A stretch of DNA of 64,000 nt from Styela clava (Eukaryota): NCBI RefSeq assembly GCF_964204865.1, contig NC_135250.1:7316001-7380000 (forward strand), given 5' to 3'. Positions 39,457 through 54,305 of this stretch are shown piece by piece. Below the pieces are notes generated by a model. The model was given only the letters and a program-made list of their open reading frames with translations, was not told where the DNA came from and did no database searches. A program made the position numbers and the translations under genes. Every line of letters starts with the position of its first letter. Within the stretch, counting starts at the first letter, position 1.

Positions 39457-40906
39457 GTAGTTTGCAATTTTCCACGTCATTCACGATGTAAATGACGAAA
39501 ACCAATGAGCCTAAAGCACTGATTTTCTTGATCACAATGATCCAGTTTAAGGGCTTGGATATTACAGTACAGTATTATTTTTTATGGAGTGCGTTCGTAA
39601 CCTCTAAACAGCGTTATGGAGGGCGCGTTCGTAACCTCGAAACAGCGTAAGTCGCGACCGTCGTAACCCGAGGAAATCCTGTTTAAAATTATCAGCTCTT
39701 AAAAAGGACAAGATTATTGCTAGTATTTATTGCCATAATTCACCAGAAAATTTTTTGTTTTGTTTCAATTTTGGGAATACTTTGTATTATACTTTGGCTG
39801 GCAAATCAGAAAAAGGAAATATCAGTTTTCCATAATGTTGGGAGATGGTCACGCTATTTATTTCGTTTTGTGAGGACGCGTATATTACATCTACCGTCAA
39901 TTATTAGCGCATCGCTGCAGACTTTTCAGCCATGTTGATTATTTTGACTTGGTCTTGAGGACAACAAATGAATGCCCGTGCTAATATGTGTTCGTGTTCA
40001 AAACTTTATTATTTTTAATTTAAGAGCTGAAATCACAAATTTGGCAATTCGGCAAAATGACAATCGACCTATTTCGTACCCGAGAAGTAAACATTGCCTT
40101 GAGGTTCAATTCTGCCTGAAACAATTTGTTGAAACATAGAAATAACCAATATTCAAATCCGATAACGGAATTTACATCGAGTCTGCGTCATTATTACAGA
40201 GTCCTTCAGTTTTTTCGAATTGGCACGTACGTTACATATTTCCACAACTATAAAGCACACTACAACTCTCTCTTGACTACTTTCTGTCATTTATAAAGCT
40301 ATCGTAACTCTGTGGCTGAAATTATCAGAATTCACGTGGACATATCGGACAATTTTGCTGTACCTGACCCAGAATTAACGAAAGTCGGTGAGGAAGAAAG
40401 CAAGCTTACAAATTGGCAAACATAGTATAGCTTGACAACATTGCCGTATTGAGAGCATAAAATAGAAAAAAAATTATGGAAATGCTGCTTCAAAATAGAT
40501 TAGCTAACTACGACACAATTTCACAAGGAGGTAGGTTATGCGTGTAAGGTGATGCTGCAGCGACCATCGTTACCAGGGGCATAGTCAGGAATTTTCAAAG
40601 GGGGGGTTTCTGAAATTTACGTGTGTACGAAATGTCGCACAACCTGAAAATAGTATGGGTGCCAGGTTAGGGTTCAGGTTGTGCGTCATCTTGGTACGAA
40701 GACTTTCGGAGCGCCGAAATTTATAATTGCCAAGTTTGACAGCAACAGGTGGTCTGGCCGGAGGCCGCAAAACGCGAGTTTCTAAGAGAACTGATGTTCT
40801 AAAAATTGCTATGTGTGATACAGAATGTTTCTAGAAATCGAAACTGAATATGTCAGGATTTGCCAGGAATAAGGGCATCAAATGGAAATCGCGGACTGAA
40901 TGTATG

Positions 40907-41394
40907 TTTCCCCGAGCATCGACTTCTTTGTTTACTTCGGGACATTGGCCAATCAGATGCAAGATGCAAAGAGTGACGTGGTTTCGCATCCGCTCAGACA
41001 CTTTTCTCGCTCAGACTGATTTTCAGGCGTCGTCGTGAACATTACCTCGTTTTCGCGTTTTTGAAATCTATTCGTTAATTTTTAGTTCTGTTTCGGATAT
41101 TTAAATGTAAATCAAATAATTCAATGATCACTTTGTCTTCTTAGAAGTTTCAGTTTAACTGCAGTAATAAAAAATTAGTGTAGAAATAGCTGCAATAGAC
41201 TAGGCTAAAATTCTTCACCGGTACTTTTACAAAACAGATTGTTGAAGGCTATGAATCAGAATAATGGTTTGAAGCAAAATACCCCGTTTTACAGGCGCCA
41301 ACTCGCAAAACCACTCTTTAAATAGGCACCGAAAATTTTGCGGTGGTAAAGTATAGGAAGAAATTTACGGGGGTCAAAAGTCGGGGAAAGGTCC
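40907..41394 (-). mobile_element. GGACC-terminated MITE-like repeat, copy 3
   Basis: Reverse-complement match to 37086-37570. Confidence 0.75.
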
Positions 41395-41735
41395 ATAAAT
41401 CGCCTTATTAAGTCACGATCACGTCGCTTCTACTTGACGGCATCCGGAGCCATAAAGTTTTATGCGCTTATTCGGCGCGTGGCAAGTCGCGCCTTTTAGT
41501 CCTCGTTTTTACACATTCCAAAAAGGGGGGGGGGGGAGTTCGACCCCTTCTTGAAATATTATTACCCGGATTCGTCGTCGGAATACTTGCCGTCCATCAC
41601 GAGTGAAACAAAGTCTCGAGTTTGTATTCAATTGTAACATAATGAGTAGTTGAGTACCAGTTTTATTTGACTAGTTGAAGAAAATGAAACTAATATAAAT
41701 TGCACCATGGGTAGAATTGATATGTTCTAAATGAA

Positions 41736-41738
<3 letters not shown>

Positions 41739-41768
<30 letters not shown>
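41739..41768. repeat. (AT)15 microsatellite in the presumed CLC 3' UTR
   Basis: Directly visible. Confidence 0.95.
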
Positions 41769-41770
<2 letters not shown>

Positions 41771-41855
41771 CACTGATAATATTAAAATATACAACCTCAA
41801 GCGATAGGGTTTACAAAAGTATATTTGTATAAGTTCATAGTTTAATTAACTGATT

Positions 41856-44800
41856 TTAAGCTGTTGATGTATTCGATAAGTAGGCGGCCTCTTCTCTATC
41901 GTGCTCGGCAATATGATTTAAACGTTCTTCAAGTTTGAATCCCATCAGATCCTTTCTGTAAAATGTATAAAACAACTTACTGCTTGCTATACATTGAGGA
42001 CAGGGGCATGTCTAGAGGGAGGCCCAGTGGCGTATCTAGGGTGTGGCAGCCATGACTTGTGCCATGGGCGCCGTTTGACCAGGGGCGCAAAACGACGAAA
42101 AGTATTAATAATAAAACGTTTCAAAGAAATAACTACAAATTGGAAATAATTGAAACTCGTATTTTTACTCAGATAATAACGTAGGTCGCATAAGTATCCT
42201 ACTAGAACTATCAAGGGGGGCATATTTTAGACTTTGCCATGGGCGCCATTTCAAGTAGATACGCCAATGGGGAAGCCGCCCCAGACAGCACGTTCTAGGG
42301 GTGAGTTTGTAGCTTAATTTGATGATTTGAATAATAATACACATACTTCACACTTACTTGGCCTTTACTTTATTTATTCTCATGTATAAAAACATCTATA
42401 ACTTGGTTACCCTCCAAATTATTTTTGAAGTTAGATATAAGGAGCACCATAGTCAGAAATTCGCCCCAGGCAGCAGAAAATATTGACATGCCACTTATTG
42501 TCACATTTGACTGAAATTATATTAGACAGTGTCCTTCTGAACATTCAGAACTTGTCTTTCTAAAGAAAAATTCTAGCCCTTATATTCGGCTGGCTGTCAC
42601 TACCTTCCTGTCAGTGCACCACAAGTTTATGGCCAGAGTTTTTTTTCAAGAACTTCAATCATGTATTTGGAATTCCTATCTTATAGCTGTTTCCTGATCA
42701 TATTGTCATGAACTACTGCGAGTATCGCGGCAATTGGTATTTACTAACAAGCAATTGTACACTCTGATTATTATCACAAATAATTATTTATATTCTCAGT
42801 AGCTCTTGGTACTTTAGTGATCCTTTTGTAGTTACCTTGTTATTATTCCAACTACTTCATTGGTTTCGTTCACGACCGGTAGATGTCGGAGTCCCAATGT
42901 TCGAAATATTATGTATGTTCGATGGAGAGAAAATGTATCCGGAATAGTAGGACAAGAACGGTTCAAATATGGGGTCTGCAATGAAAGAATTGTATTTCGA
43001 ATCAGTTAAATTAAAATAAATTTTTAAAAACTCATCTTGAGAATGCCTTACCAAATCAATACTCATATCAGCCATATTTCCATCTTTTAAGTATTTTTCT
43101 AAAACTTGATAAACTTGTTTTCCGTTGAGCAGTCGGTCAATGTGAACCTGGATACAGGAAATACATCACAACTGGAGAATATTTTAAGAAGATTTAAGGT
43201 GGTATTACAGCATCATCAGGTTTTAAAAACCGATTCTGAAATGATGAACATTCAGTCTCAATTTGGCTCCAATAGCGAAATACAAAATTAACAACAAAAA
43301 CATTTGGAATTTAAAACCTATATTAGTTTCAATCAAAAAATTTGGACTCCCCATACTCGATGTAGATGTCTGAGATAATACTGTATAACTTTTGGGTGAT
43401 CTACAGGAAAATGAGAATTGTCTGTGTTAGATATCTGTTGGATAATTATAAATGCAAAACCTACCTTTTGGTAGTCAAGTTGGGATTTCACTTCTCTGTT
43501 ATCTGCTGCTATCTCCTTAGAAGTGTTCACGAAAATATCAGAATTTTGCAGCAACATCAGCAATTCTAATCTACAATGGTAAATTCGATAGCGAACTGTT
43601 TTGATTATACACAATGTAATGCAATTTGGCTGTGCTTGATGCCAGACAACATACAATATTATCTCATTAATAACACTTTACTTTGGTTTGCTCATTGCAA
43701 TTCTGTTAACCAAGTGAAGCTAAAATTGAATATTGAGATATACTTGTTGGACACGGTGTGTACCTAATTTGAAAATTAGACCAAAATGAAATCAGCAAGA
43801 TTTAAATTTTTGCAACGTTTTAAGTTTTATTTCGGACCTGTAAACACGTAAAGAATAAAATAGCAGAATCAAATGTCGATTTGAATTCTGTTGATATACC
43901 TTGTAATTATTCCGTAGTATACTGGTGCACCGCTGGAATTACTCATAGGAGGCTTGCAGACAGGGAATCCTCCATGCTCTGTTTCCAACAATAAATGACA
44001 AACATGCTCCACTGGTTCTACAGGTGTTAGAGTTTTAACTGATTTTGTCATGACGTCTTTTGCACTGAAGAGCTCTAGATTTAACCTAATCCGATGAAAA
44101 ATGTTTACAGTTTACGTCAAATTATAAATATCCTTTGCATAACAAACATTCATAAATCGGCTGAAACTTCATTATATTGTGAATAATTTAACGAAACGCC
44201 GTGGTATATTTTTGTGTACTCCCGAAGTATTGATCAACTTGATTTATAAACAAATTATATTATAGATCGGATTTGGACCGAAATAAATGATTATGTTTGC
44301 TTTTTATCTTTCTCTCCCACTCCTTCTTTATACATCTAGTAACCTTTACTCCAGCATGATCGAGCTTGCAATATTTAGTGATAAAAACTCTGCTTACAAC
44401 TTTGTTCCATCCATGTATACTACTGGCTCTGAATCGAGGAAAGGTATACATTTCAATTCCAAGTTTGCGTGATAAAACGGGTGAGTAAAATAATCTCCTA
44501 TCCATTTCGCAAACATGATAGCGGTCATTAATGGAAGAAGAAAAGTGATGTCATTTGTTATTTCCATCTGCAATAAAACATCAATTTTATCATTCAGCGA
44601 TAATGCCATTTAAATCCGGATCCGCGCTGACAAAAATTACGACTCTGGTTTTACAGCTTAGGCGAAAAACGTCTCCAGTCCACGACTACCATAGAGTAAA
44701 ACAAGACTACAGAAGGTTTGGTATTTATTCGCATGTTTTTGTGTTATTTTCAACTCTAACTCCAACTCGAAGGTCTGCTGATTCGAATTGCGTCTCCGTG

Positions 44801-47800
44801 CTGGTGCTTAAAATTGCCACTTGGGATTTAAAAAAGGGCGTTGGCCCCGACAGCAAAAGTAACAAACAGGCGCAGCTTATATTAGAGATTTAACAAATTA
44901 CGCCCATTAAAAGTTTCATCTTAGTGCTCGCAGAAAATGAAACCTTTTCGATTAAAAATGATGTTGCTGTCTTATTTTGCCATGTCTATTTAACACCATT
45001 TGGAGTAGAATTCTGGTGTTCATTTATATTACTTGGGAAAATTTTTTTGGAGTAAAATGGTATGAACAAGTAGCCAGCAATGTGCTGCAATGTAGACGGC
45101 CACTATGTTCTGTGAAGAACTGGAATTTTTTGCCCAGCTCATATCATTGTTTGGAATATATTTGTTGTGGTGGGCATGGGTCCTGTGCTTGAAATTTTTT
45201 AACGGAGAATCCCCACCGCCCAATGGAATGACATTATAAAACGTCCGCCCATGTTAACAAGTTAAATATTGTTCAGTTGTTGATGCAAAGCTTTTAATAC
45301 CAAAACCAACTTTTTGAAAAATATTCAATGTTATGAAATATTACCATAATAACTGTAAGAGACATCGTTAGTCTTGAAACGCCACCAAAGAACGAAGCTG
45401 CTCCAATAAGAGCAAATGCACCAGGATCGATCCACGCCCAATACAGGTCGTTGTCATCGTACGGATTCTTTATTCCGAACCAGTTAACCATAGCTTGTCC
45501 AATAATACGACCATACAGTCCACCAATGAGCCTGTAGAAGATTTAATATTGTCCCATTTTTGAATAATGAACACTTCATAAAATCAATTGTGTTTGAGGA
45601 AAGGTCGCAGCGAGAAATAAGAGGAGGGCCGAGATTAACTTTACATTAGTCTATACTTGTCAGAAACACATTCAAGTTGATACAATTGAGGAAAAATAAT
45701 TTGGGTAAAAGCAAAAAAGTTCAATAAATCAGGTTAAAAAGTTAATTGTGTGTAATTCATTGTGTGATTTTATTACTATTTTGTATACACGTTAATTTTC
45801 TACTTATTTCGTTATTTGATTGGCTTTATAAAATGATCAGAATCAGTTTTACTAATCTGTCAATATCGGGAAAAATTGCCATTAAATTATAATGCCAGTT
45901 GCAAAACAATATACGCTACTTACTGGCTTATGGTTTATTTTGAATATTGTCATCAATTGCAAATTCCATCACTTATGAAACGAATACTTTGAAATTTATA
46001 TCAGTATTTTGGCCATAGTTATCTAAACTTATTTGGCTTTGAAAGCCTAATAGAGAATTGGAATCAAATGTGAAAGTCTATTCTATTATTCCAGACCATT
46101 TCTGTGGTCGCTCGTAAGTCTGTCTCTTTGTGAGTGCGCGTGGCATTGCTTCGATCTTAACAAAAACGCTATGAAACATCAACTTACAACATGGGTACCA
46201 CAAGTCCACTAGACATAGAGGTTCCAGCTGCCCAACAAGCGAGAAAATAATAAAACACCAACACAGTGATTAGACTTGGTATTGAAAATTCATGATGAGT
46301 TCCTCGAGAAAACAAATGTCTGATTGCTTGTTCCCCGGTAACAAACAGTAAAGTTGCAACTGCATGTGCAATATGTGTCATGTTAGAGGGTATTTGTTTT
46401 ATGCTATAGTATATTCACAAGGGTTCGTTATGAAGGTATGGAACACCGTGAGAATCAAAATATATACCAAAAATGCAAATTAAATTTTATAATACCTCCA
46501 GTAATGTGAATATTATTCAAATTTTTTTTTATAGACGAAGTAATTGTCGTCAAAGTCGTCACTCCAACTGACTTATTCTCATTTTGGTCCAAATCGTTAA
46601 CATTAAATGCAAAAATAATCATAAATATGGTGAATAAAGTGGACGTTGACAGTGGGATCGGGTGATTCCAGTTACGAATTTCATGCCTGCAGACAACCAA
46701 CCCCAAAACCCAGTTTGGAAGAGGGTTGTGAACTTCTAACGTAATCCGAATGCAATCAGTTATTGCTCTCTAGCAAAGAGGAGAATTTCGGTTTCACGAT
46801 GAAAACATTGCTAACTAGATAGACATGGTTTTCAACTTCAAGATCACACAAGAAGGCATTTTTTTACAGAAAACTAATGAGAAATTGAAGACAGCCTTAA
46901 TACCTTCATTGTAAGACTTGTTAGATACAGTGACATCTCCCGTTTCCCAGTAATATCCCTTTGAACAAGTATATCTCTCTACAGAATCCTCAGTTCTTGG
47001 TGGAATATTATCGTCGAGGGTGACAGTGAGACATTCTGGACTAAACATAACGTTTCAATTGAAGTACTTTAGAAAAGGCAACACGAACGCTGTATTCTAA
47101 CAAAAACGACAATTGTGTCTTTTACTTCACTTAATATTACGATGCTATGTCGACAGCGATTTCGAATATTCCAATGTATCAGTAAAGCGGTTTGTATTGC
47201 GCTATTCAGATAACACAAAAGATATCTAAATATTACATTGAAAACTATTATCTACTAGGCATTAGGAAAAATGAGTTTACTGTTCGCTAGATATAATTGT
47301 TGATTGCTGTTTTGATTCCTCATAACATTGATATTTCGTGCAAGGAAATGCAGCTGGAAGTAACGTTGAAATTGTCACCATAAGTAACTGCAAAACAAAA
47401 CAACAAAAAAAAACTCGAAACAAAACCAAATCGCATACATAAGGTTCGATTAATTAATTATGATATTTTCGATCTGTCAAATTACAGTTCATGAGATATT
47501 AAGCTTAAGACTTCCACGTTTCAAATCTGTTTGAGAAAAAGGGGCAAAGGATCAAGGAGTTTCTAATATATTCACTACAAGCAATGTCGCGTGGTTTGCT
47601 TGTCATTGGATTTTACACGAAGGTTTTATATTGATCAGCAAATCGCATCAACTGGAGGTCGTTACTAAACATCAAAAACCGTGTTGGTCTTAGGCATGTG
47701 CCCTGGCCAACTCAATAGGAAATGTTTGAAAGCACCGGGCGACAAAAACAATTTGATTTTTCTGATCGAAATATGCTAGTTAATGTATCATAATTTATCG

Positions 47801-50800
47801 TAATTAACGATTAAAATGTATCGAATTATGAGTGTCGTACATACCAAGCTTTTGGGCAAAATCGGCATTAGCGTATTAACAGTATGGGTTCATTTTTTTA
47901 AATAATATAATATCCATAAGTCTCTACTACTTACTAGAATAATGCAAGGTTCGACGCATCGGAGAACTTTTTTCTTCCAAACCGTTTGAATTTTACTCAA
48001 TAAAACCCTTCTTGCTCGAGCAATTTTTAGGTTCAAAAATGTAAAAAGAGCTCCTAATATGCCCCCGAGACATCCAAGTATGGCACTCGGCAGAAATGCT
48101 ATTATGTTCGTGGATAACGTTGAGTCAACCTGAAAGCAAAAATCTCCAGTGAAGTAGCCTGCATTACAGCTTAAAGGTCACGACTTTTAAATCCCATGCC
48201 GGCCACGACAAACAGGGTATAACAAATTGGGTTGGCTATGTCAAACCGCAAAGATTCCGGTCTTACAAAAACAAGATGATATCTTGCTATTTACCGTGTT
48301 TCCCCGAAAATAAGACCTACCCTGAAAATAAGACCTACCCTAAATTTTAAAAATGATTTTATTATTCGATATCGCGACTATTTTATTTGACCTAGTCGAT
48401 AGCAAGAAATTTCTCCTACACGTTTTAAATGATTGATAATCTATGTTTAACAGCTATTTTAACAGGTAAGTAAATAGATATCGGTTTTCATATTTTGTAT
48501 GTTCGAAAATCTCGTGATTCTCTACTTTGTAACTTTGTTTTTGATAAATAAAAATAAAAGACATTCACCCAAAATAAGCAATTGTTTAAATTCAAAAGTT
48601 AGTGTTCTCACAATATATTAACGAAAAATAATTTTTGGGAACGAGGAAAAACCCAAATTTAACCAATGTAACGCACCAATTAATATAATTCTCACCTGAA
48701 AGAGTATATTTGCTTCTGCTGTAAATAGTCCAAATGTGTTTTGATAGCTGAAAGCACTGAATGCAGAATTAAACAGATCTGTGGTGATTGTAGCGACCAT
48801 GCAACAGAAAAAAGTCTGCCAGGATAATTTCATGTTCCAAAATGATGAAACTTCTTCCATAGAAAATAGAAGGCCGCCAACAGGAGCTCCGAAAGCTGAG
48901 GCGACACCCGCTGCTACTCCAGCGGAAATGAAATTTCGTCTAGATATTTAAAAACGATATATATTTAAACATGGTAAGCACTAAGCAGCACAGTCACCTC
49001 ATTACTAGTGCCAATTGCTAAAAAGGTACCTGTCTTCGGAGTTACGAAATCTTTGAAAGTACTGAGGACGGATATTCAATGAATCCGACTTGAACTGACT
49101 CAATCCGGCACCGATTAATCCGCTAAAAATATGAAAAAAATAAGAGATCGGACAAGCAAATTCTATGGGGATTCGATAACAGGCCTTATTCCATATATAT
49201 TTCTCTTTCCCAACTCGAAATCCACGGACACCAAACGTTGTTTTAATTTTTTTATGCGTTTATGACTTCCTATGGACGGTCGAGACCGAGGTTTTTTGAT
49301 ATCAAAATCACTAACAACTGGCTCCTTCATCACGATTAGAGCTCAAAAAATATATCTGAAACGTTATCCACAAATTTCACATTGACTAAAGGCCGTGATT
49401 CAGCCACCACTACATGCAAATCATAGTCCAATATTACCCCTCATCTTCGAGGAGAAATCCCTAGTCTGCAAGTGATTTTACAAACAGAGTCGCCAGTTTA
49501 TTTTTTTTGCGCATAAGGAGTCGAAGATGATCAGTTTGTCAATCAATAAACATTGAGATTTAAAACTGAAATAAATCAAAATTGGTACTTTACCCCAAGT
49601 GAATCATTGGACCTTCAGGACCAACAGGCATTCCCGCTCCTACTGCACAAACACATGACACAAATTTTACAACCATCGTTCTAATGTTGAAAATGTGACG
49701 AATAATTGTTCCGTTTAAGAATCCTATCAACTCTGGAATTCCCGACCCGGCTGCTGATGGCCTGTACCACTGTAAACAATAATCATATGAGATTTTCAAT
49801 AAGGCTGATGACAGAATACATTTATACTACATTTATACATTAGTAAAATTATGCTTTTATAAGGGATTTTCAGTAACTATTTGAGCAGTGCTTCTGAAAC
49901 AGCATGAAAATAAATAGCAAATAAAATACGCTGTCGTATAGATTTATCTCGATGGAATGGCACTTCATCTATTTGAATTCGAGTCGAGTAATAACGTTTG
50001 AGTTAGAGCCTATTGCCGTGGGTCACAAAGTGGGCGTCGCGACGCCCAAGTGCGTCGTTTCAATTTTGCTAAGGCGTCGCAAAACTTTTTTTTTCTTTGC
50101 GGAATTGTATCTATTTTGCAGCGCATAGAAAAAGTATTAATACAAGCGTAAAATTGATAGTGAATAAGAAAAGTCTAAAAACGCAAGTATGACGAAAACT
50201 TCATTGACTTTGGAACGTTCAAGTTTTTTCGAGTAAAGAAGCTCCATGGTTTTTGTTGCAATTAAGGATGCGATGTTACTAAACGCCGTTTGGGCTTATT
50301 AGATAACATGCTTTCACTGGCCAAAATCTTGCTTCAACAATACATTGCTGCTTTTCTTCGCCGTTTTTGAACGAAATCGATATAAAAAGAAATTTTAATT
50401 CTGAAAATGTAATGAGTTTTTGGATTTCTTTGGGGAGTCGCAACTTGAGCATATTTTATGGAGGGCGTCACAATACGAAGAATTTTGAGAACCACTGGCC
50501 TACAGGATATATATATGTGCAACTACAACAATCTTACCACAACAAGTGCTACTCCTGGTAGAAGAAATGCTAAACTATATCCCAGTGAAAATATCCAGGC
50601 TACTCCTAGACCTTGCTGTAAAAAGAATATTAGCTGTCAGATTATAGTAGGCGCGGAATATTTCACTTTTTTTTTTTGAAAAGATTAAATATCGCAGAAT
50701 AGTGATAACGACTATGTTCAGTTTAGACTTACTTTATAAAGTATAGCTTTTGTCCAATGTGACATAATACTCGATCGTTTTCTGTACTTTCATACCAAAT

Positions 50801-51962
50801 AATATTTGAATCTTACCTCTAATAATTTTGTTGCTGTTTGCCACTTAGTATTCGATATCAAATCAATGAATTGATGTAGCAAGAACCCGACAAACCCAAC
50901 AGTAAACCCGATGAGACCCATCATCACCCATCTATCCCAATCAAGCCTGAGACGAAAATAGTAGTCAAAGGTTTAAAGATTAGACTCTATGATATTGTTG
51001 ACTTTGTCCAATTGCTCAAAAACCACGAATTATCTCGTGTAAGACTATGTCGCGTACATCTTGTCCCTCTCCAGGTAGAGATAGTCACCAATCTGCATGC
51101 CTACTAGTGTAAAATATTCCCAAAATTGAATAAACAATTGATCGATGTAGATAAAGGTGAATAAAAACAAAACTATACCTTCTTGGCTGTTGCCTAAGCC
51201 ATTCTTTGTAAGCGTCACTCCATGGTGGAAGATAATCCAAACTGTCATATCTGCAGAAAGTTAAAAGAATATATTTCAATAAATGTCTTGCATACGTTGA
51301 ATCACAAATTATATTCAACATGGACAGAGGGGAATGCATAGAGCAGAATAAAAAACGTCCAATTCGGGCGGGCATAGCAAGACAATCCGTATCTCCATAC
51401 TTATGTACATCTAGACTAGAGGATTTTGGTACTGACTTGACATTATGCGTGAACCCACCCTGAAGCCGGAAGTACAGAAATCTCAACATAGTTATATGAA
51501 CATTCTAAGCTCGATGTTAATTCTTGGTACAGTAACGAGCGTATCTTATAGCTCTGGTGAGATTCGCGCAATACTTACTTTTGTAATTCTTCTTTTTCTT
51601 GTTCTGTGTATTTGTGATTTACGAACGCACTCTCGTAATCTCGACCGGAAGCGAAAAATTGGTCTGGTGAAATAAAAAATAATACTTTTGTTTGTGTAAA
51701 TATAGAACTAAGCCTCTCTAAAATTAGTGAACTTACTGTATATTTCACTTGTAGCCAAGTGGGAATCATCTATATCTTCATGCAGTATTTTATCATAAAC
51801 ACTCTTGTTTCTTTGTTTTGGCACATTTGCCTTGGTGATCCTTATATCATCTTTATTGGTTTCTCCTTGGAACTCCACTGCGTCAAACACGTTATCAACA
51901 TCGCTTTTGACGCCATCATTATTACTTGTAGTAGTGACGTCAGCAAGTACGACGTTCTCCAT
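41856..51962 (-). CDS. CLC-family chloride/proton antiporter-type protein with two CBS domains (CLC-6/7-related, ClcC-like group), 899 aa
   Basis: 19 phase-consistent exons totalling 2700 nt: 51962-51737, 51663-51579, 51250-51179, 50946-50817, 50615-50538, 49769-49594, 49122-49030, 48939-48696, 48129-47935, 47387-47281, 47040-46904, 46359-46188, 45531-45345, 44567-44398, 44085-43900, 43570-43465, 43147-43052, 42975-42836, 41955-41856. Motifs: [81 protein letters not shown]. Confidence 0.95.
42025..42269. mobile_element. MITE (CAGTGGCGTATCTA TIR) nested inside an older MITE (42001-42495) in the last CLC intron
   Basis: TIR CAGTGGCGTATCTA / TAGATACGCCAATG; 8-bp TSD GGGAGGCC / GGGAAGCC (one mismatch); host termini CAGGGGCATGTC / GACATGCCACT. 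Confidence 0.75.
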
Positions 51963-52571
51963 ATCCTTCGCTTCGATGTGTTTATATCTACTCCTGCAGC
52001 GCACTGATAACAATTTATTTATCGATATGCTATCATGCTAGTACTATACCATTTCTAGATTTATTCTGAAATATGAAGGAAAGTTTAACGAGCGTTTATC
52101 TGAAAGACTAGTAACAGCATTATTGATACGATATCTGCTTATGTGCATTATGTCGTTCGTTGCAAGTTATTTGTTTAGTAGTACATTGTCGTGCGGTGAA
52201 ATTCTATATAACTGACAAAGAGCTCTGGCTAAATATTAACTATTCAGAATGCATTATGCCGGCATACCAAACAGTTTAATTTTATTTGTTCATCAAACCG
52301 TTTGTTGCCAAAGCTGAGTACTTGGTTTCATAAATGTCACGAAAGTGATTGGACAACTTTGATTTTCAATGATTTCCCCTCCTGAAATAAATATTGTATA
52401 AACATTCTATTTTCAAATTAATTCTCAAGAAATAACGATTTCAGTGTGGCATTTTGGCACACCTAGAGAATTTGCAATCCAGAAAATATAGACTACAATG
52501 CTCATTATCCACCGTAGCTATTTTAGAGGAATGTGTTTTGGCATCGCACGTTACCAACCCTAACGATTTAA

Positions 52572-53138
52572 CAGGTGTGCAAAGTGCGTCCCGCGAGCCA
52601 AATGCGGCCCGCGGAGGGAACTGGAGAGCAGTTAATAAAAAAATTATTAATAAAAGATTTAAAAGCTAAATGAGTGTTGGATCCAGCTTATCAGTTGATT
52701 TTGTCTAAATCTAACCTCAAATAGGATTTGAGAGCAAAAAATTTGGAAACGAAATTTGGTGTATTTTACTGATAACATCTCAACCAAGATAATTTTCCAC
52801 ATTTGAAAAAAGTCATGGCTCCAAATATGGCACTTTTCGGTAACATATATTTTTTTTAAATGGGCGTCATATCGAATTGCTAGCACTTCCATTTAAGCAA
52901 TTTTGGACGTAAGAAGTCGGGAAAAGAATCAAGCAGCAAATTGCTCACTGAATTCCCTTAAATTGGGGTGACAATATATTTGAATTACAGACCCCTAATG
53001 ATGACATGAGATCAATAACAAAAAGACACTATTTTGTGCATGCAACTAATAGAAAGCCTGCATTGAATGTAGGCGCGGCCCGCGGTTTCAATCGGGTATT
53101 GATATTTGGCCCGCCTGTGAAAAAGGTTGCACACCCCT
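52572..53138. mobile_element. hAT-type non-autonomous element
   Basis: Ends CAGGTGTGCAAA / GTTGCACACCCCT with GCGGCCCGC subterminal motifs typical of hAT (Charlie-like) MITEs. Confidence 0.65.
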
Positions 53139-54209
53139 AATTTAAATCATGTATTTTGTGAGAAACCTTCTTGTATGTACGATTAGGATCTTCACGATTC
53201 CTAATTTCATATGTTAATTCTTTTTCATACGCTAATGATCACCTGCATTAGATTCTATTTCAAACTACATCCCATCGAATTCTTCGTGGCATGAACGATC
53301 CGAATCATTCATTAACATTCCTTGCTTTGCAACCATTTTAATACAGTGTGATCACTGCTACGTGATGTGCAAATATTTTAAATAGAAGTATAAATCTGCA
53401 TTTTCCCGTCTATAATTTCCAATAACACGATTACTATTGAAAAATGAACATATAACGTCCGTACCTTTGTTGTCCTCGAAAAATCTTTTTTCTGCCTTTC
53501 ACTCCAAACAAGGCACTGTATGTATTGTCACAAATAAAAAGCGTTATATCATGTTAAATGCTTGCTTCTTCAGAAGACTTTCAAAGATATCTCAGACGCA
53601 GACCGGAGCATTTCTTTAACAAATGGTTTTCTTGTTTAATATGATTTCGATGTACGCTGCAGATCGTTACTGGGTGGGCGAAACCTTCCGACTTCAATTC
53701 TGTACGCTACAAACTTTACTTACAGTTTTTTTTTCTGATTTTACCTATAATTAGTTTTCATTTATTTGCTTTCATCAATCATTTTATAGTCTGCATTAGT
53801 ATTTATTCACGTTTTTTTAATGCTGATCATGGAATTAAAATGAACGTACAGTATACTTATTTGTTTGTATCATATCATATATGACGGGCCAAATACACGA
53901 GACGCAATCAAACCTCGAGGATATCACGTTATCAGTAGTAGTTCGATCGGCTGTGGGGTGAATCTGGTAACCCGGCGAACGCTGAGCGTCCACATTCGTT
54001 CGCAAGGTTGCACAGATAGGAATACAATAATTGGCATGTCTTTATAATATAGGGGAATCGAATTTGATTACTGAGTGAATGGAGAACCACAGCACTGATA
54101 ACTTCATCAAAGACACAGAGCGAACGGAGCTTTCCTTTCCACCCGGCGTCATAGTATCACGAGCCTGCAAAATGGCACACCAGAATGCTAGACAAATCGA
54201 ATCTGCAAC

Positions 54210-54305
54210 ACGTGTTACGTCACATCAAATTATCTTAGGTCGATGGTCACGTGACTTAGCTCACAACACTACTAGTGGCAGCAATGTACACCGCTCAGCC
54301 AATGC
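54210..54305. promoter_or_regulatory. Candidate (possibly bidirectional) promoter with CRE-like TTACGTCA, palindromic GTCACGTGAC E-box and CCAAT box
   Basis: TTACGTCA ~54215, GTCACGTGAC 54246-54255, AGCCAAT ~54297 in a locally GC-richer patch, just upstream of a GTAAGT donor at ~54333, between two divergent genes. Confidence 0.55.
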
